Of a DNA stretch of 64,000 bases, positions 1 through 8,458 are shown in pieces. Source of the DNA: Abditibacterium sp. (GTDB lineage Bacteria > Armatimonadota > Abditibacteriia > Abditibacteriales > Abditibacteriaceae). The translations under genes were made by a program, and so were the position numbers. The stretch covers positions 352,001-416,000 of the forward strand of contig OZ251992.1 of NCBI GenBank assembly GCA_965246885.1. The letters run 5' to 3'. Under the pieces are notes generated by a model. It searched no databases and was not told the DNA's origin. It saw only the letters and a list, made by a program, of their open reading frames with translations. The number at the start of each line of letters is the position of its first letter. The stretch's first letter is position 1.

Positions 1-506
1 GCGTCCCAAACGTGCTGCGCGCCGATTTGCTTGATGGCCGCGAGCGCCTCTTGCTTTTGCTCCGCGCTACGGGCGAAGATGACGGAGCGGTATTGCGTGC
101 CCTCGTCTGGACCTTGCTTGTTGAGCGTGGTGGGGTTGCGGACGGTGAGTAGCACGTCGAGCAAGTCGCGGTAGGAGATGACTTTGGGGTCGAAGATGAT
201 GTTGACCGTTTCGGCGTGGCCGGTGTCGCCTTCCTCGACTTGGGCGTAGGTCGGGTTCTTGGTTTTGCCGCCCGCGAAGCCGGGTTCAACGGACGCGACG
301 CCCTTGAGTTGCTTGAAAATCGCTTCCATGCTCCAAAAGCATCCGGCGGCGAAGGTGGCGGTTTGTTGGCCGGGCTTGGCGACTTTCGGGGCGCCGATGT
401 GCATGGACTCGGACGCCGACGCAACTGCGCCTTGCGGGAGAGTATGCAACGCGACGGCGCCCAAACTGAGCGCGGCGACGAGCAAGAGGGCTTTGATGGG
501 TTTCAT
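1..506 (-). CDS. msrA: Peptide-methionine (S)-S-oxide reductase MsrA with N-terminal signal peptide (3' end runs off the window)
   Basis: Manual translation: MKPIKALLLVAALSLG... then QTATFAAGCFWSME (GCFW catalytic motif) and EGDTGHAETV; AGGA upstream of ATG. Confidence 0.93.
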   Translation of the reverse strand, partial: MKPIKALLLVAALSLGAVALHTLPQGAVASASESMHIGAPKVAKPGQQTATFAAGCFWSMEAIFKQLKGVASVEPGFAGGKTKNPTYAQVEEGDTGHAETVNIIFDPKVISYRDLLDVLLTVRNPTTLNKQGPDEGTQYRSVIFARSAEQKQEALAAIKQIGAQHVWD

Positions 507-605
507 GTGTCCTTATAAGGTGCAAGGCGCGGCGGAAAGTTCCCGAATGAGTTTGGAGTGCGCCCGTTAGGGCGAGACAAACGCCCTGACGGGCGCACTC
601 CAAAC

Positions 606-1349
606 TTAGTTCACATCCGCGCTCGTCAGCAGCCGGAATTTGGACTCGCGGGGCGTGTTGCGCTCCAAGATGCCGCCTTCAAAGGTGGCGTTTTCAAGGG
701 CCTTGGCGAGCGGGTCAACCGTCGCGCCGAGGTCGTCGGTTTGCTCTTTGTCGTCCTCGTCGGTTCCCTTGCGGTAGGCGAGTCCAGCGCGGATGGCGTC
801 CTTGGCGCGGGCGATTGCGTTCGGGAGATCGGGCGTCGAGGAAAAGCCTTTAAGGGTTTCGTTCATGGCGTCTTCGGCGCCGTCGGTGCCGCCCGCGACG
901 GCAAACGCGGAGTGCGTCGAGAACTCGCCGTCGTAGTTGAGCACGAAGAACTGGTCAGTCTCCGGCGTGCGGCCAAGCTCGGCAAAAGCGGCGCGCAGAA
1001 CGTTGGGCGAAGTCATCGGGTCGCCGAAAGCGCGCTTGAGCGGCGGGCTGAGAGTGAATCCGACGAGCCGTTGAATGGACACGTCGTCCGGCGAGCGGCT
1101 AAAGCCCTCTTGGTGACAGAAGTCAATGGACGCGAGGCGCACAGCTTCGACATCGGCTTGGTTGCCCAAGGCGCAGTACATTAGCTGGTCGTAGATCTCA
1201 AAGACCTTGCGCTGCGTCTTTTTGAGCGTCAGGAGCAACACGCCTTGATCGAAAGAAATGGCGACGACGGGCATGCCCGACTTGAGCCGCTCTTCGACAT
1301 ACTCAGCGCGGTTGGCGATGGATTGATTGAAATCGTAGGGACTATACAT
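606..1349 (-). CDS. prcA: 20S proteasome alpha subunit
   Basis: N-terminal YSPYD, RKVFEIYD, ALGNQADVE Ntn-hydrolase alpha-type motifs; directly downstream of the beta subunit. Confidence 0.9.
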   Translation of the reverse strand: MYSPYDFNQSIANRAEYVEERLKSGMPVVAISFDQGVLLLTLKKTQRKVFEIYDQLMYCALGNQADVEAVRLASIDFCHQEGFSRSPDDVSIQRLVGFTLSPPLKRAFGDPMTSPNVLRAAFAELGRTPETDQFFVLNYDGEFSTHSAFAVAGGTDGAEDAMNETLKGFSSTPDLPNAIARAKDAIRAGLAYRKGTDEDDKEQTDDLGATVDPLAKALENATFEGGILERNTPRESKFRLLTSADVN

Positions 1350-1361
1350 AAGGATGGGCGC

Positions 1362-2177
1362 TTAAAGCGCGTCGGCTTCGACGCGCTGGGCGGACACGTT
1401 CAACGACTGAGGCGCTTGGCCGGATTGCATGTCGTCCAAGACGCGCTGGAGTTCGCCCTCGTTGAGGTTGAGAATCCCGTCGCGCGTGACGGCCTTGGCG
1501 GAAGGGGCGATTTTGGCGTAGCCGCCGGTTGCGGCGTCGTTGTCGGCGGCGATGTCAAGCAGAATCAGGCACTCGCGCAAAGCGGTTTGTAAGTCCATCT
1601 CGGCGAAGGGGCCTTTGGTGCGGGTGATGTAATCGAAACTGCCGCGTATCGGCGCGCTGCCACTTCCGGCGGCGCCGAAGTCGGTGCTTTCAAAGCGCGC
1701 GCCCATCGGGTCGAAGAAGAAAATCTTGCCCTCGTTCGTCTGGACATCCCACGCGGAAAGCACCGGAACGAAGGTGCCGACACCTTGCAAAGCCATCGGC
1801 AAGTTCTGAACGAGGGCTTTGGTCATTTCGGCTAACTTGCCCTCCAGACTCATCGGCTGCAACTGCGAGCGGGTGTAGTACTTGAAGGAATGACGCAGGA
1901 AGCGGGCGATCTCGACGGCTTTGGCGAAGCTGCCGGAAATGGACACGAGCGTGTGGTCGTCGAGCGGAAGAATCTTCTCGCTCTTGTCGTACATGATGCT
2001 CATGCCCGCCGTCGCGCGGCGGTCGGCGACGTTGAGCACGCCGTCGCGGTATTTGACGGCAATCACCGTCGTGCCGTGCGTATCGAACGAGGCATCCGGG
2101 ATGGGTGCGGCAATGGGAATGGTAACGGGTGAAACGAGACGGCCAAAGTCGCCGTTCGTGTTGAAAGAAAGACTCAT
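1362..2177 (-). CDS. prcB: 20S proteasome beta subunit with propeptide
   Basis: HG|TTVIAVKY autocleavage site with catalytic Thr1, ADRRAT, GSGS, DAATGG motifs. Confidence 0.93.
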   Translation of the reverse strand: MSLSFNTNGDFGRLVSPVTIPIAAPIPDASFDTHGTTVIAVKYRDGVLNVADRRATAGMSIMYDKSEKILPLDDHTLVSISGSFAKAVEIARFLRHSFKYYTRSQLQPMSLEGKLAEMTKALVQNLPMALQGVGTFVPVLSAWDVQTNEGKIFFFDPMGARFESTDFGAAGSGSAPIRGSFDYITRTKGPFAEMDLQTALRECLILLDIAADNDAATGGYAKIAPSAKAVTRDGILNLNEGELQRVLDDMQSGQAPQSLNVSAQRVEADAL

Positions 2178-2186
2178 AAAAATCAA

Positions 2187-2267
2187 AGCCACAGATGGAC
2201 ACGGAAAACACGGTTAGGCATCAGGCAACCCTGCTCGCATCCGTGCCTTCCGTGTCCATCTGTGGCT
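2187..2267. repeat. Perfect 20-bp inverted repeat (long hairpin) between ubact and prcB
   Basis: AGCCACAGATGGACACGGAA (2187-2206) and its exact reverse complement (2248-2267). Confidence 0.9.
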
Positions 2268-2273
2268 CCTAAA

Positions 2274-2468
2274 CTACTGGCCGCTACGTTGGCGGTAGCG
2301 TTTGGCTTGATCGGGGTCAACGCGCTTCATGCGGTCGAGGATGTTCTTGGAGTCGGGGCGCTTGACCGAAGGCTTGCTCGGCCCGGTCTCGTCGCCGCCG
2401 GGACGGGGCGACGGGTCACTTGGCAACTGGCGACGACCGGTTTCGTCGGCCCGAAATTCGTGTTTCAT
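2274..2468 (-). CDS. ubact: Ubiquitin-like protein UBact (64 aa)
   Basis: Small charged/Pro-rich protein ending ILDRMKRVDPDQAKRYRQRSGQ (R-S/T-G-E/Q C-terminus); GAGGT RBS; immediately upstream of prcB-prcA. Confidence 0.9.
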   Translation of the reverse strand: MKHEFRADETGRRQLPSDPSPRPGGDETGPSKPSVKRPDSKNILDRMKRVDPDQAKRYRQRSGQ

Positions 2469-2610
2469 AGTGGAATTACCTCGCGGGGACTCGAAGGCGC
2501 CGGACGTGCAAGAGGGGCCTTCACCGCTTCCAGACGCGCGGCAAATGGCGCGGGTTTCCGGTGCGGCGGCGGCATTTGCGGGAAGTCCGATAGCTTTAGC
2601 GGCGAAGTCG

Positions 2611-3675
2611 GTGCAAAAGGGGGCGCCAGTGACTTCTTCGCCGCTTGCATCGCCGTCTAAACTGGGCCTATCGCCGGGTTTTTGGGCGATGCTATGGCGG
2701 GCCGCCGTGTGGCTGGGCGCGCTGCATCTGGCGCTGCAATTCGCCTTGATGGTGCCCGCGCTGTGGGGACGCACGGACAGGATGCGCGATGTCGCGGTGT
2801 ATTACGACGCGCTGCAACGCTTCTCTCGCGGAGCGAGAGTGTACCAGCCTTGGCCGGGCTACGGCGTGCAAATGACGCCGTTTCGCTTCTTCTATGCGCC
2901 GCCGTTTCTGCTTTTTCTGCGACCCTTTGCGGGGCTGGACTTCCTGACGTTCGCCCGCGTGTGGTCGTGCCTGCTGCTTGTTCCGTTTTGGGTGTACGCC
3001 TTTTGCCTCAGCCGCTTGGCAACGGGCCGATGGGATGCCAAAGTCGCGCTGGTGTTCGGCTTGGCCATCGAGTTTGGGCGCGGCTACGCTTCAATTTCGC
3101 TGGGCCAAGCGGAGCCTTGGATGTGGATGCTGTTCGGTCTGGCCCTCACGACGCGCACGCGGGCCGGTTGGCTGGCGCTCGCCACCCTCGTCAAGATTCA
3201 TCCCTTGTGGTCGCTGTGTTTGGCCTTGGGGCAATCCAAGGGCGCGTGGAAGTCGGCGCTGCTGTTCGCTCTGCCGGTATTGGCGGCGTCGCTGTGGTTA
3301 GTGGGCACGCGCAACTGGGCGATGTGGTGGCCCGCCACGCAACCCGTTGCCTCGCAGGGCACCTTCAACTCCGACAACTGGTCGCTGTCGTTCTTCGCGC
3401 TCCGACTGCTCCATTGGATTGGGTTGCTGAAAGCGTCTGGCACGCTCCCCGCGTGGGCGAAAGCGTGGCTGTCGGTGTGCGCGGTCGGCGGGCCGTTGGG
3501 CGTGATGTGGGCGGCGCGCCGTCAGTCGCCAAATTTGCGCCTCGCTTTGGTGGCATGCGCGGGGGTGTTGTGCGCGCCGTTGTGCTGGACTTTGTATTTT
3601 CCGCTCTTTTTGCTGCCGCTCGCGGTTTGGTTGGGAGAACGCTCGCTGTCAATGGCTCCGGAGGCGGCGCGATGA
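2611..3675 (+). CDS. GT87/DUF2029-like polytopic membrane glycosyltransferase (paralog 1; start uncertain, 2545-2689)
   Basis: RDVAVYYDA, FFYAPPF, LGQAEP, LVKIHP motifs; many hydrophobic segments. Confidence 0.75.
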   Translation: MQKGAPVTSSPLASPSKLGLSPGFWAMLWRAAVWLGALHLALQFALMVPALWGRTDRMRDVAVYYDALQRFSRGARVYQPWPGYGVQMTPFRFFYAPPFLLFLRPFAGLDFLTFARVWSCLLLVPFWVYAFCLSRLATGRWDAKVALVFGLAIEFGRGYASISLGQAEPWMWMLFGLALTTRTRAGWLALATLVKIHPLWSLCLALGQSKGAWKSALLFALPVLAASLWLVGTRNWAMWWPATQPVASQGTFNSDNWSLSFFALRLLHWIGLLKASGTLPAWAKAWLSVCAVGGPLGVMWAARRQSPNLRLALVACAGVLCAPLCWTLYFPLFLLPLAVWLGERSLSMAPEAAR

Positions 3676-4706
3676 AGGCGGTTTCCTCACGGGTGCCCGC
3701 GCGCCGCGCGCCCTTCTCGCCCGCGTTTGGCGCGCTTCTGTGGAAATGCCTCGTGGCGTTGGGGGCGTTTCACGCCCTCGCGCAGTTGCTATATTCTCTG
3801 CCGTTGGAACTATCGCGCACCGACACGGCGCGCGATACCCTCGTGTATTACGACGCCCTGCAACGACTGATGCGCGGCGCGGCGGTGTATCAGCCTTGGC
3901 CCGACTACAACGTGCAAATGACGCCGGGGCGCTTCTTTTACTCGCCCGCGTTTTTGCTACTCCTGCGGCCCCTCGCGGGGCTGGACTTCGTAGGGTTCGC
4001 GCGCGCGTGGACACTGTTGATGCATGGCGCGTTTTGGGCGTACGCCTTTTGCCTTGGTCGCTTGGCGACGGGCAAATGGAACTTCCCCGTCGCCTCCTTA
4101 TATGCGATGGTGGCCAACCTCGTGTTCCAAGGCCACACGGCGCTGTCCATTGGCCAAGCGGAGCCGCTCATGTGGATGCTGTTTGGCTTCGCGCTCGTAT
4201 CGGCGCGCACGCGGGCGGGGTGGCTGGCGTTGGCGACCCTTGTCAAGATTCATCCCTTGTGGTCGCTGTGTTTGGCCTTGGGGCAATCCAAGGGCGCGTG
4301 GAAGTCGGCGCTGCTGTTCGCTCTGCCGGTATTGGCGGCGTCGCTGTGGTTAGTGGGCGCGCGCAACTGGGCGATGTGGTGGCCCGCCACTGCGCCCGTT
4401 GCCTCGCAAGGGACAATGAATCCGGGCAACGTCTCGCTGTCGTTTTTGGTGCTACGGGCGCTGAGTTGGGCCGGGTTATGGAAGGCGAGCGGAACATTGC
4501 CGTTGTGGGCCAAAGCGTGGCTGTCGGCGGGCGCGGTCGGCGGGCCGCTTGGCATGGCTTATGGGTTGCGCCGCCAGTCGCCGGAGTTACGCCTCGCGCT
4601 GGTGGCGTGTGTGGGCGTACTGCTGGCGCCTCTTTGTTGGACGGCGTATCTCCCGCTGCTGTTATTGCCGTGCGCCGTGTGGCAAGGAGCGCGCGTCACG
4701 CGGTGA
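3672..4706 (+). CDS. GT87/DUF2029-like membrane glycosyltransferase (paralog 2)
   Basis: ATGA overlap with paralog 1 stop; RDTLVYYDA, FFYSPAF, IGQAEP, LVKIHP. Confidence 0.78.
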   Translation: MKAVSSRVPARRAPFSPAFGALLWKCLVALGAFHALAQLLYSLPLELSRTDTARDTLVYYDALQRLMRGAAVYQPWPDYNVQMTPGRFFYSPAFLLLLRPLAGLDFVGFARAWTLLMHGAFWAYAFCLGRLATGKWNFPVASLYAMVANLVFQGHTALSIGQAEPLMWMLFGFALVSARTRAGWLALATLVKIHPLWSLCLALGQSKGAWKSALLFALPVLAASLWLVGARNWAMWWPATAPVASQGTMNPGNVSLSFLVLRALSWAGLWKASGTLPLWAKAWLSAGAVGGPLGMAYGLRRQSPELRLALVACVGVLLAPLCWTAYLPLLLLPCAVWQGARVTR

Positions 4707-4828
4707 CAGACGTACGCCGACGAGTGACAGACATACGCCGACGAGCGACAGACGTCGGCGGAGCAGTGACAGACGTCCCGGACTGAGGCAGAGACGACAG
4801 CGCAAACGTGACAGACGTCTTTATTTGG
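4703..4828. repeat. Six-unit array with 21-bp period, core GTGACAGACGT
   Basis: Units start at 4703, 4724, 4745, 4766, 4787 (degenerate), 4808. Confidence 0.88.
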
Positions 4829-4839
4829 AAAACCGGAGT

Positions 4840-5898
4840 ATGATTTTCTTACCGAGACAACGGGCATCGTCTGACCGAGCGCGGCCCTTCTCTCCCGCGT
4901 TTCTGGCGCTCTTGCACCGGACGCTGGTGGGGCTGGGCATCTTTCATTTGGTGGCGCAACTGCTATTGTGGTTCCCCATCGAGTTCGCGCGCACCGACCA
5001 CTGGCGCGATATCGCAGTTTATTACGACGCTTTGCAGCGTTTCACGCATGGGGGGAGCCTCTACCAACCTTGGCCGCAGTATGGCGTGCAAATGACGCCT
5101 TCGCGCTTCTTTTACTCGCCGGTATTCCTGCTACTGTTGCGTCCCCTCGCGGGGCTGTCGTATCAGGGGTTTTCGCACGTGTGGCTGGTCATGGTATTCT
5201 CGGCGTTTTGGGGATATTGCGCGTGTTTGGGGCGGCTGACCTCGAACCGGTGGGACTGGCACGCAACGCTCTTGTATGGTCTGGTCATTGACACCCTGAT
5301 GGAGGGCTACACCGCGCTATGTTTGGGGCAATTCGAGCCGTTCATGTGGCTGCTGTTCGGCCTCGCACTCACTTCAAAGCGCAGCCGCGCGGGGTGGCTG
5401 GCGCTCGCGGCTCTGGTGAAGATTCATCCGGTCTGGTCACTACTGCTCGCTTTGACCCAAGACAAACGCGCGTGGAAAGAGGCGCTTTTGTTCGCGCTGC
5501 CCGTCGTGGCGGTGAGTTGGTGGGTGGTGGGCACGCGGACGTGGCTGATGTGGTGGCCCGCAACGCAACCGGTCGCGTCGCAGGGCACTTTTTACGTGGG
5601 GAACTGGTCGTGGCCGTTCACGGTCTTGCGCTTGCTCGCGTGGAGGGGATGGTTGGAAGCGAGCGGGACGCTCCCCGTGTGGGCGAAGACGTGGCTGTCG
5701 GCGTGGGCGGTGGGCGGGCCGTGTGGGATGGCGTATCTCGCGCGCCGCCAGTCGCCCGAACTTCGTTTGGCGCTGGTCGCGGGTGCGGGCGCCCTGTTCG
5801 CACCGCTCTGCTGGGGGTTCTATTACCCGCTTCTTTTGTTGCCATACGCAGTATGGCAAGGGGAACGCCGCTTGGGAAGTGGGCGCGAGAACTCCTGA
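4840..5898 (+). CDS. GT87/DUF2029-like membrane glycosyltransferase (paralog 3)
   Basis: GGAG before ATG; RDIAVYYDA, FFYSPVF, LGQFEP, LVKIHP. Confidence 0.78.
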   Translation: MIFLPRQRASSDRARPFSPAFLALLHRTLVGLGIFHLVAQLLLWFPIEFARTDHWRDIAVYYDALQRFTHGGSLYQPWPQYGVQMTPSRFFYSPVFLLLLRPLAGLSYQGFSHVWLVMVFSAFWGYCACLGRLTSNRWDWHATLLYGLVIDTLMEGYTALCLGQFEPFMWLLFGLALTSKRSRAGWLALAALVKIHPVWSLLLALTQDKRAWKEALLFALPVVAVSWWVVGTRTWLMWWPATQPVASQGTFYVGNWSWPFTVLRLLAWRGWLEASGTLPVWAKTWLSAWAVGGPCGMAYLARRQSPELRLALVAGAGALFAPLCWGFYYPLLLLPYAVWQGERRLGSGRENS

Positions 5899-5929
5899 AA
5901 AACACGAAACCCGCCGCTCGTTCGCGCAT

Positions 5930-5949
5930 ATAGTTAGGCGGCTTATTAT
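5930..5949. promoter_or_regulatory. Probable MarR operator (imperfect AT-rich palindrome)
   Basis: ATAGTTAG-gcgg-CTTATTAT just upstream of the marR start. Confidence 0.55.
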
Positions 5950-5966
5950 TTGCAAGGAGAATCTCC

Positions 5967-6524
5967 GTGCCCGAATTGTTGTTGCTACGCGACCTGCCGC
6001 GCTATGAGATGTTGCAGGAGAAAGCGAAGCGGTATCCCGACTTAGACGCCGGAGCCGTCGAAGCGACGCTGGTCTTGCTGCGGGTGGCGTCCGACGTTTT
6101 GGAAGGGTTCGGCGCGCACTTCACCCGCAACCGCACCTCGCAAGGGCGCTATATGGTGATGATGATGCTCGACCGCCCTTGCGCGTCGGAGGGTATGTCG
6201 CCTTCCGAGATCGCCGAGAAGTTAGGCGTGTCGCGCGCGACAGTGACGGGTTTGGTGGACGGACTGGAGCGCGACGGGTTCATCTCGCGCCACGCCCATC
6301 CCGAAGACCGCCGCGCTTTCTGCATCCAGCTAACTGCCAAAGGCCAGACCTTTTTAGCCGAGCTTTTGCCCGATCACTACCGCCGCGTGGCGGGGTTAAT
6401 GGCGCACCTCGACGAGGACGAGCGCCGCCAGCTTATCTCGCTCCTTGCCAAAGTCGCGCAAGGGCAAGGCGCCATGCGCGACGAAAACTGGGTTCCTGCC
6501 CCCGATTCCTCTTTACTCCGATGA
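5967..6524 (+). CDS. MarR family transcriptional regulator
   Basis: SPSEIAEKLGVSRATVTGLVDGLERDG HTH; DRR and LT.KG wing motifs. Confidence 0.92.
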   Translation: MPELLLLRDLPRYEMLQEKAKRYPDLDAGAVEATLVLLRVASDVLEGFGAHFTRNRTSQGRYMVMMMLDRPCASEGMSPSEIAEKLGVSRATVTGLVDGLERDGFISRHAHPEDRRAFCIQLTAKGQTFLAELLPDHYRRVAGLMAHLDEDERRQLISLLAKVAQGQGAMRDENWVPAPDSSLLR

Positions 6525-8443
6525 AAACCGTTGATCGCCCCGCACCCGTCCCCGATGGCGCGTCCGAAACACCCGCCCCCACCCCGGCGCCGCCCCAAGC
6601 GACGGCCCCCAAAGACCCGGCCCCTAAAAAAGCCGACCCGAAGAAGCGGCGTTTGGCACTTTTGATTGGCATCCCCGTCGCGCTGGTCGTGGGACTGTAT
6701 GCGCTCAAGCAGGTTCGCTGGGCGCAGTGGCATGTTTCGACAGATGATGCGTACATCACGTCCGATGTGGTGCAAATTACCCCGCAGGTGAACGGGCGCA
6801 TCGAAAAACTGCTGGTTTCCGATAATCAGCTGGTTCACAAAGGGCAAGTGCTGGCTGTTCTCGATGCCGCGAGCTACCAGACCGCCCTCGAAAGCGCGCG
6901 GGCGAACTTGGCGGTCGCGGTCGCCGCCCAAAACGCCGCCGCAGAGCAAGTGCGTTTGACGGGCGCAACAGGAGATGCGCAAGTATCGCAAGCGCAAGGC
7001 GGCATCGAACAAGCGCAAAGCGGCATCGGCCAAGCCCAAGCGGGCGCGCTGCAAGGCGCGGCGGGCGTCGAGAACGCGCGCGCGTCCATTGTGGCCGCCC
7101 GCGACAACGCCTTGGCCGCGCAGACTTTAATTGGTTCGGCGCAGGCTACGCGCGAGCGTTCAATTCAAGCCGCGCGCGCCGCCCAAACTCAAATCGCCGC
7201 CGCCCAAGCCCAATTTGGCGGCGCGCAACAGAACGTGCAAGTCGCCGCCGCGCAACTACGCGCCGCCATTGCCGCCCGCGCCCGCGCCGTGCAAGCGCTC
7301 GCCGCCGCCCGCGCCAACGTTGTCACCGCCACGAGCGGCATCGCGTCGGCCCAAGCCCAAATCCGCGTGGCACAGGGCAACATAGACGCCGCCAACGCCC
7401 AGTTGGAGCGCGCCAACCGCGACTATGCCCGCGCGCAGGAACTCTTCGCCGGGGGCGCGGCGCCGCGCTCCAGTGTGGACGCCGCCGAAGCCGCGCAAAA
7501 ATCCGCGCGCGCCGCGCAGGACAGCGCAACCGCCCAACTCCAAGCCGCAGGCCAGACGCTCCAGCAAGCGCAGTCGGCGGTCGTGGCACGCGAGTCCGAT
7601 GTCGAGTCGGCGCGCGAAGGCATCAACGCCGCCGACGCGCAAATCGCCGCGACTCGCGCCGGGGTCGCCGCCGCGCGCGAGTCAGTCGCGGGCACACAAG
7701 CGCAAATCGCCAACGCGCGCGCCCAATATGGTGCCGCGCAAGGCGCCGTCGCGGAAGCGCAAGCGGGCATCGCGTCCAACCGCGCCAAAACCGTCGCCGC
7801 CGCCGATGCCATCGCGCAGGCCCAAGCCGCCCTCGCCAACGCCCGCGCTTCCCAAGCGGGCGCCGAGCAAAACGTCGGCATCGCGCGCGGCAAAGCCACC
7901 CAAGCGCGCGGCCAACTCCAGCAAGCGCGCACCGGAGGTCAGCAAGTTTCGGTCGCCGTCGCCAATCTGAAGTCCGCCATCGCCCGCGTCGGCCAAGCGC
8001 GTGCCGCCCTCGCCCAAGCGCAAATTGACGTGGGCCGCACCCGCTTGGTCGCGCCCGTTGACGGCACCGTTTCGCGCCGCACCGGTCAAACCGGCCAGCA
8101 AGTCGCCCCCGGCCAAGCGATCATGGCGCTCGTGCCCCAGAACGACCTCTGGCTGGTCGCCAACTATAAGGAAACGCAACTGGGCCACGTCCGCGAAGGC
8201 CAGCGCGCCGACATCGAGATAGATTCCCTGCCCGATTACAAATTCAAGGGCCACGTCCAAAGCATCTCGGCGGGCACGGGCAACATCTTCGCGCTTCTGC
8301 CCGCCGAGAACGCGACCGGCAACTTCACCAAAGTCGTCCAACGCGTGCCGGTCAAAATCACTTTCGACCCGAACCAACCCGGCTTAGACCGCTTGCGCGC
8401 CGGTTTAAGTGCCGCGCCCACGATTGAAACGGACAAGAAGTAG
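6521..8443 (+). CDS. EmrA/HlyD-family periplasmic adaptor with very long Ala/Gln-rich coiled coil
   Basis: N-terminal TM, STDDAY, LVAPVDG, ANYKETQL, LLPAENATGNFTKVVQRVPV. Confidence 0.92.
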   Translation: MKTVDRPAPVPDGASETPAPTPAPPQATAPKDPAPKKADPKKRRLALLIGIPVALVVGLYALKQVRWAQWHVSTDDAYITSDVVQITPQVNGRIEKLLVSDNQLVHKGQVLAVLDAASYQTALESARANLAVAVAAQNAAAEQVRLTGATGDAQVSQAQGGIEQAQSGIGQAQAGALQGAAGVENARASIVAARDNALAAQTLIGSAQATRERSIQAARAAQTQIAAAQAQFGGAQQNVQVAAAQLRAAIAARARAVQALAAARANVVTATSGIASAQAQIRVAQGNIDAANAQLERANRDYARAQELFAGGAAPRSSVDAAEAAQKSARAAQDSATAQLQAAGQTLQQAQSAVVARESDVESAREGINAADAQIAATRAGVAAARESVAGTQAQIANARAQYGAAQGAVAEAQAGIASNRAKTVAAADAIAQAQAALANARASQAGAEQNVGIARGKATQARGQLQQARTGGQQVSVAVANLKSAIARVGQARAALAQAQIDVGRTRLVAPVDGTVSRRTGQTGQQVAPGQAIMALVPQNDLWLVANYKETQLGHVREGQRADIEIDSLPDYKFKGHVQSISAGTGNIFALLPAENATGNFTKVVQRVPVKITFDPNQPGLDRLRAGLSAAPTIETDKK

Positions 8444-8458
8444 GGGGCGTAACCCACC

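Noticed and set aside
2682..3671. N-terminal half of the 674-aa ORF, and similar long extensions (2274-2774, 6179-6520, 28555-29028, 34341-34694, 34709-35434, 49728-50174)
   Set aside because: Alternative-frame read-through over neighbouring real genes in GC-rich DNA; true starts lie downstream.
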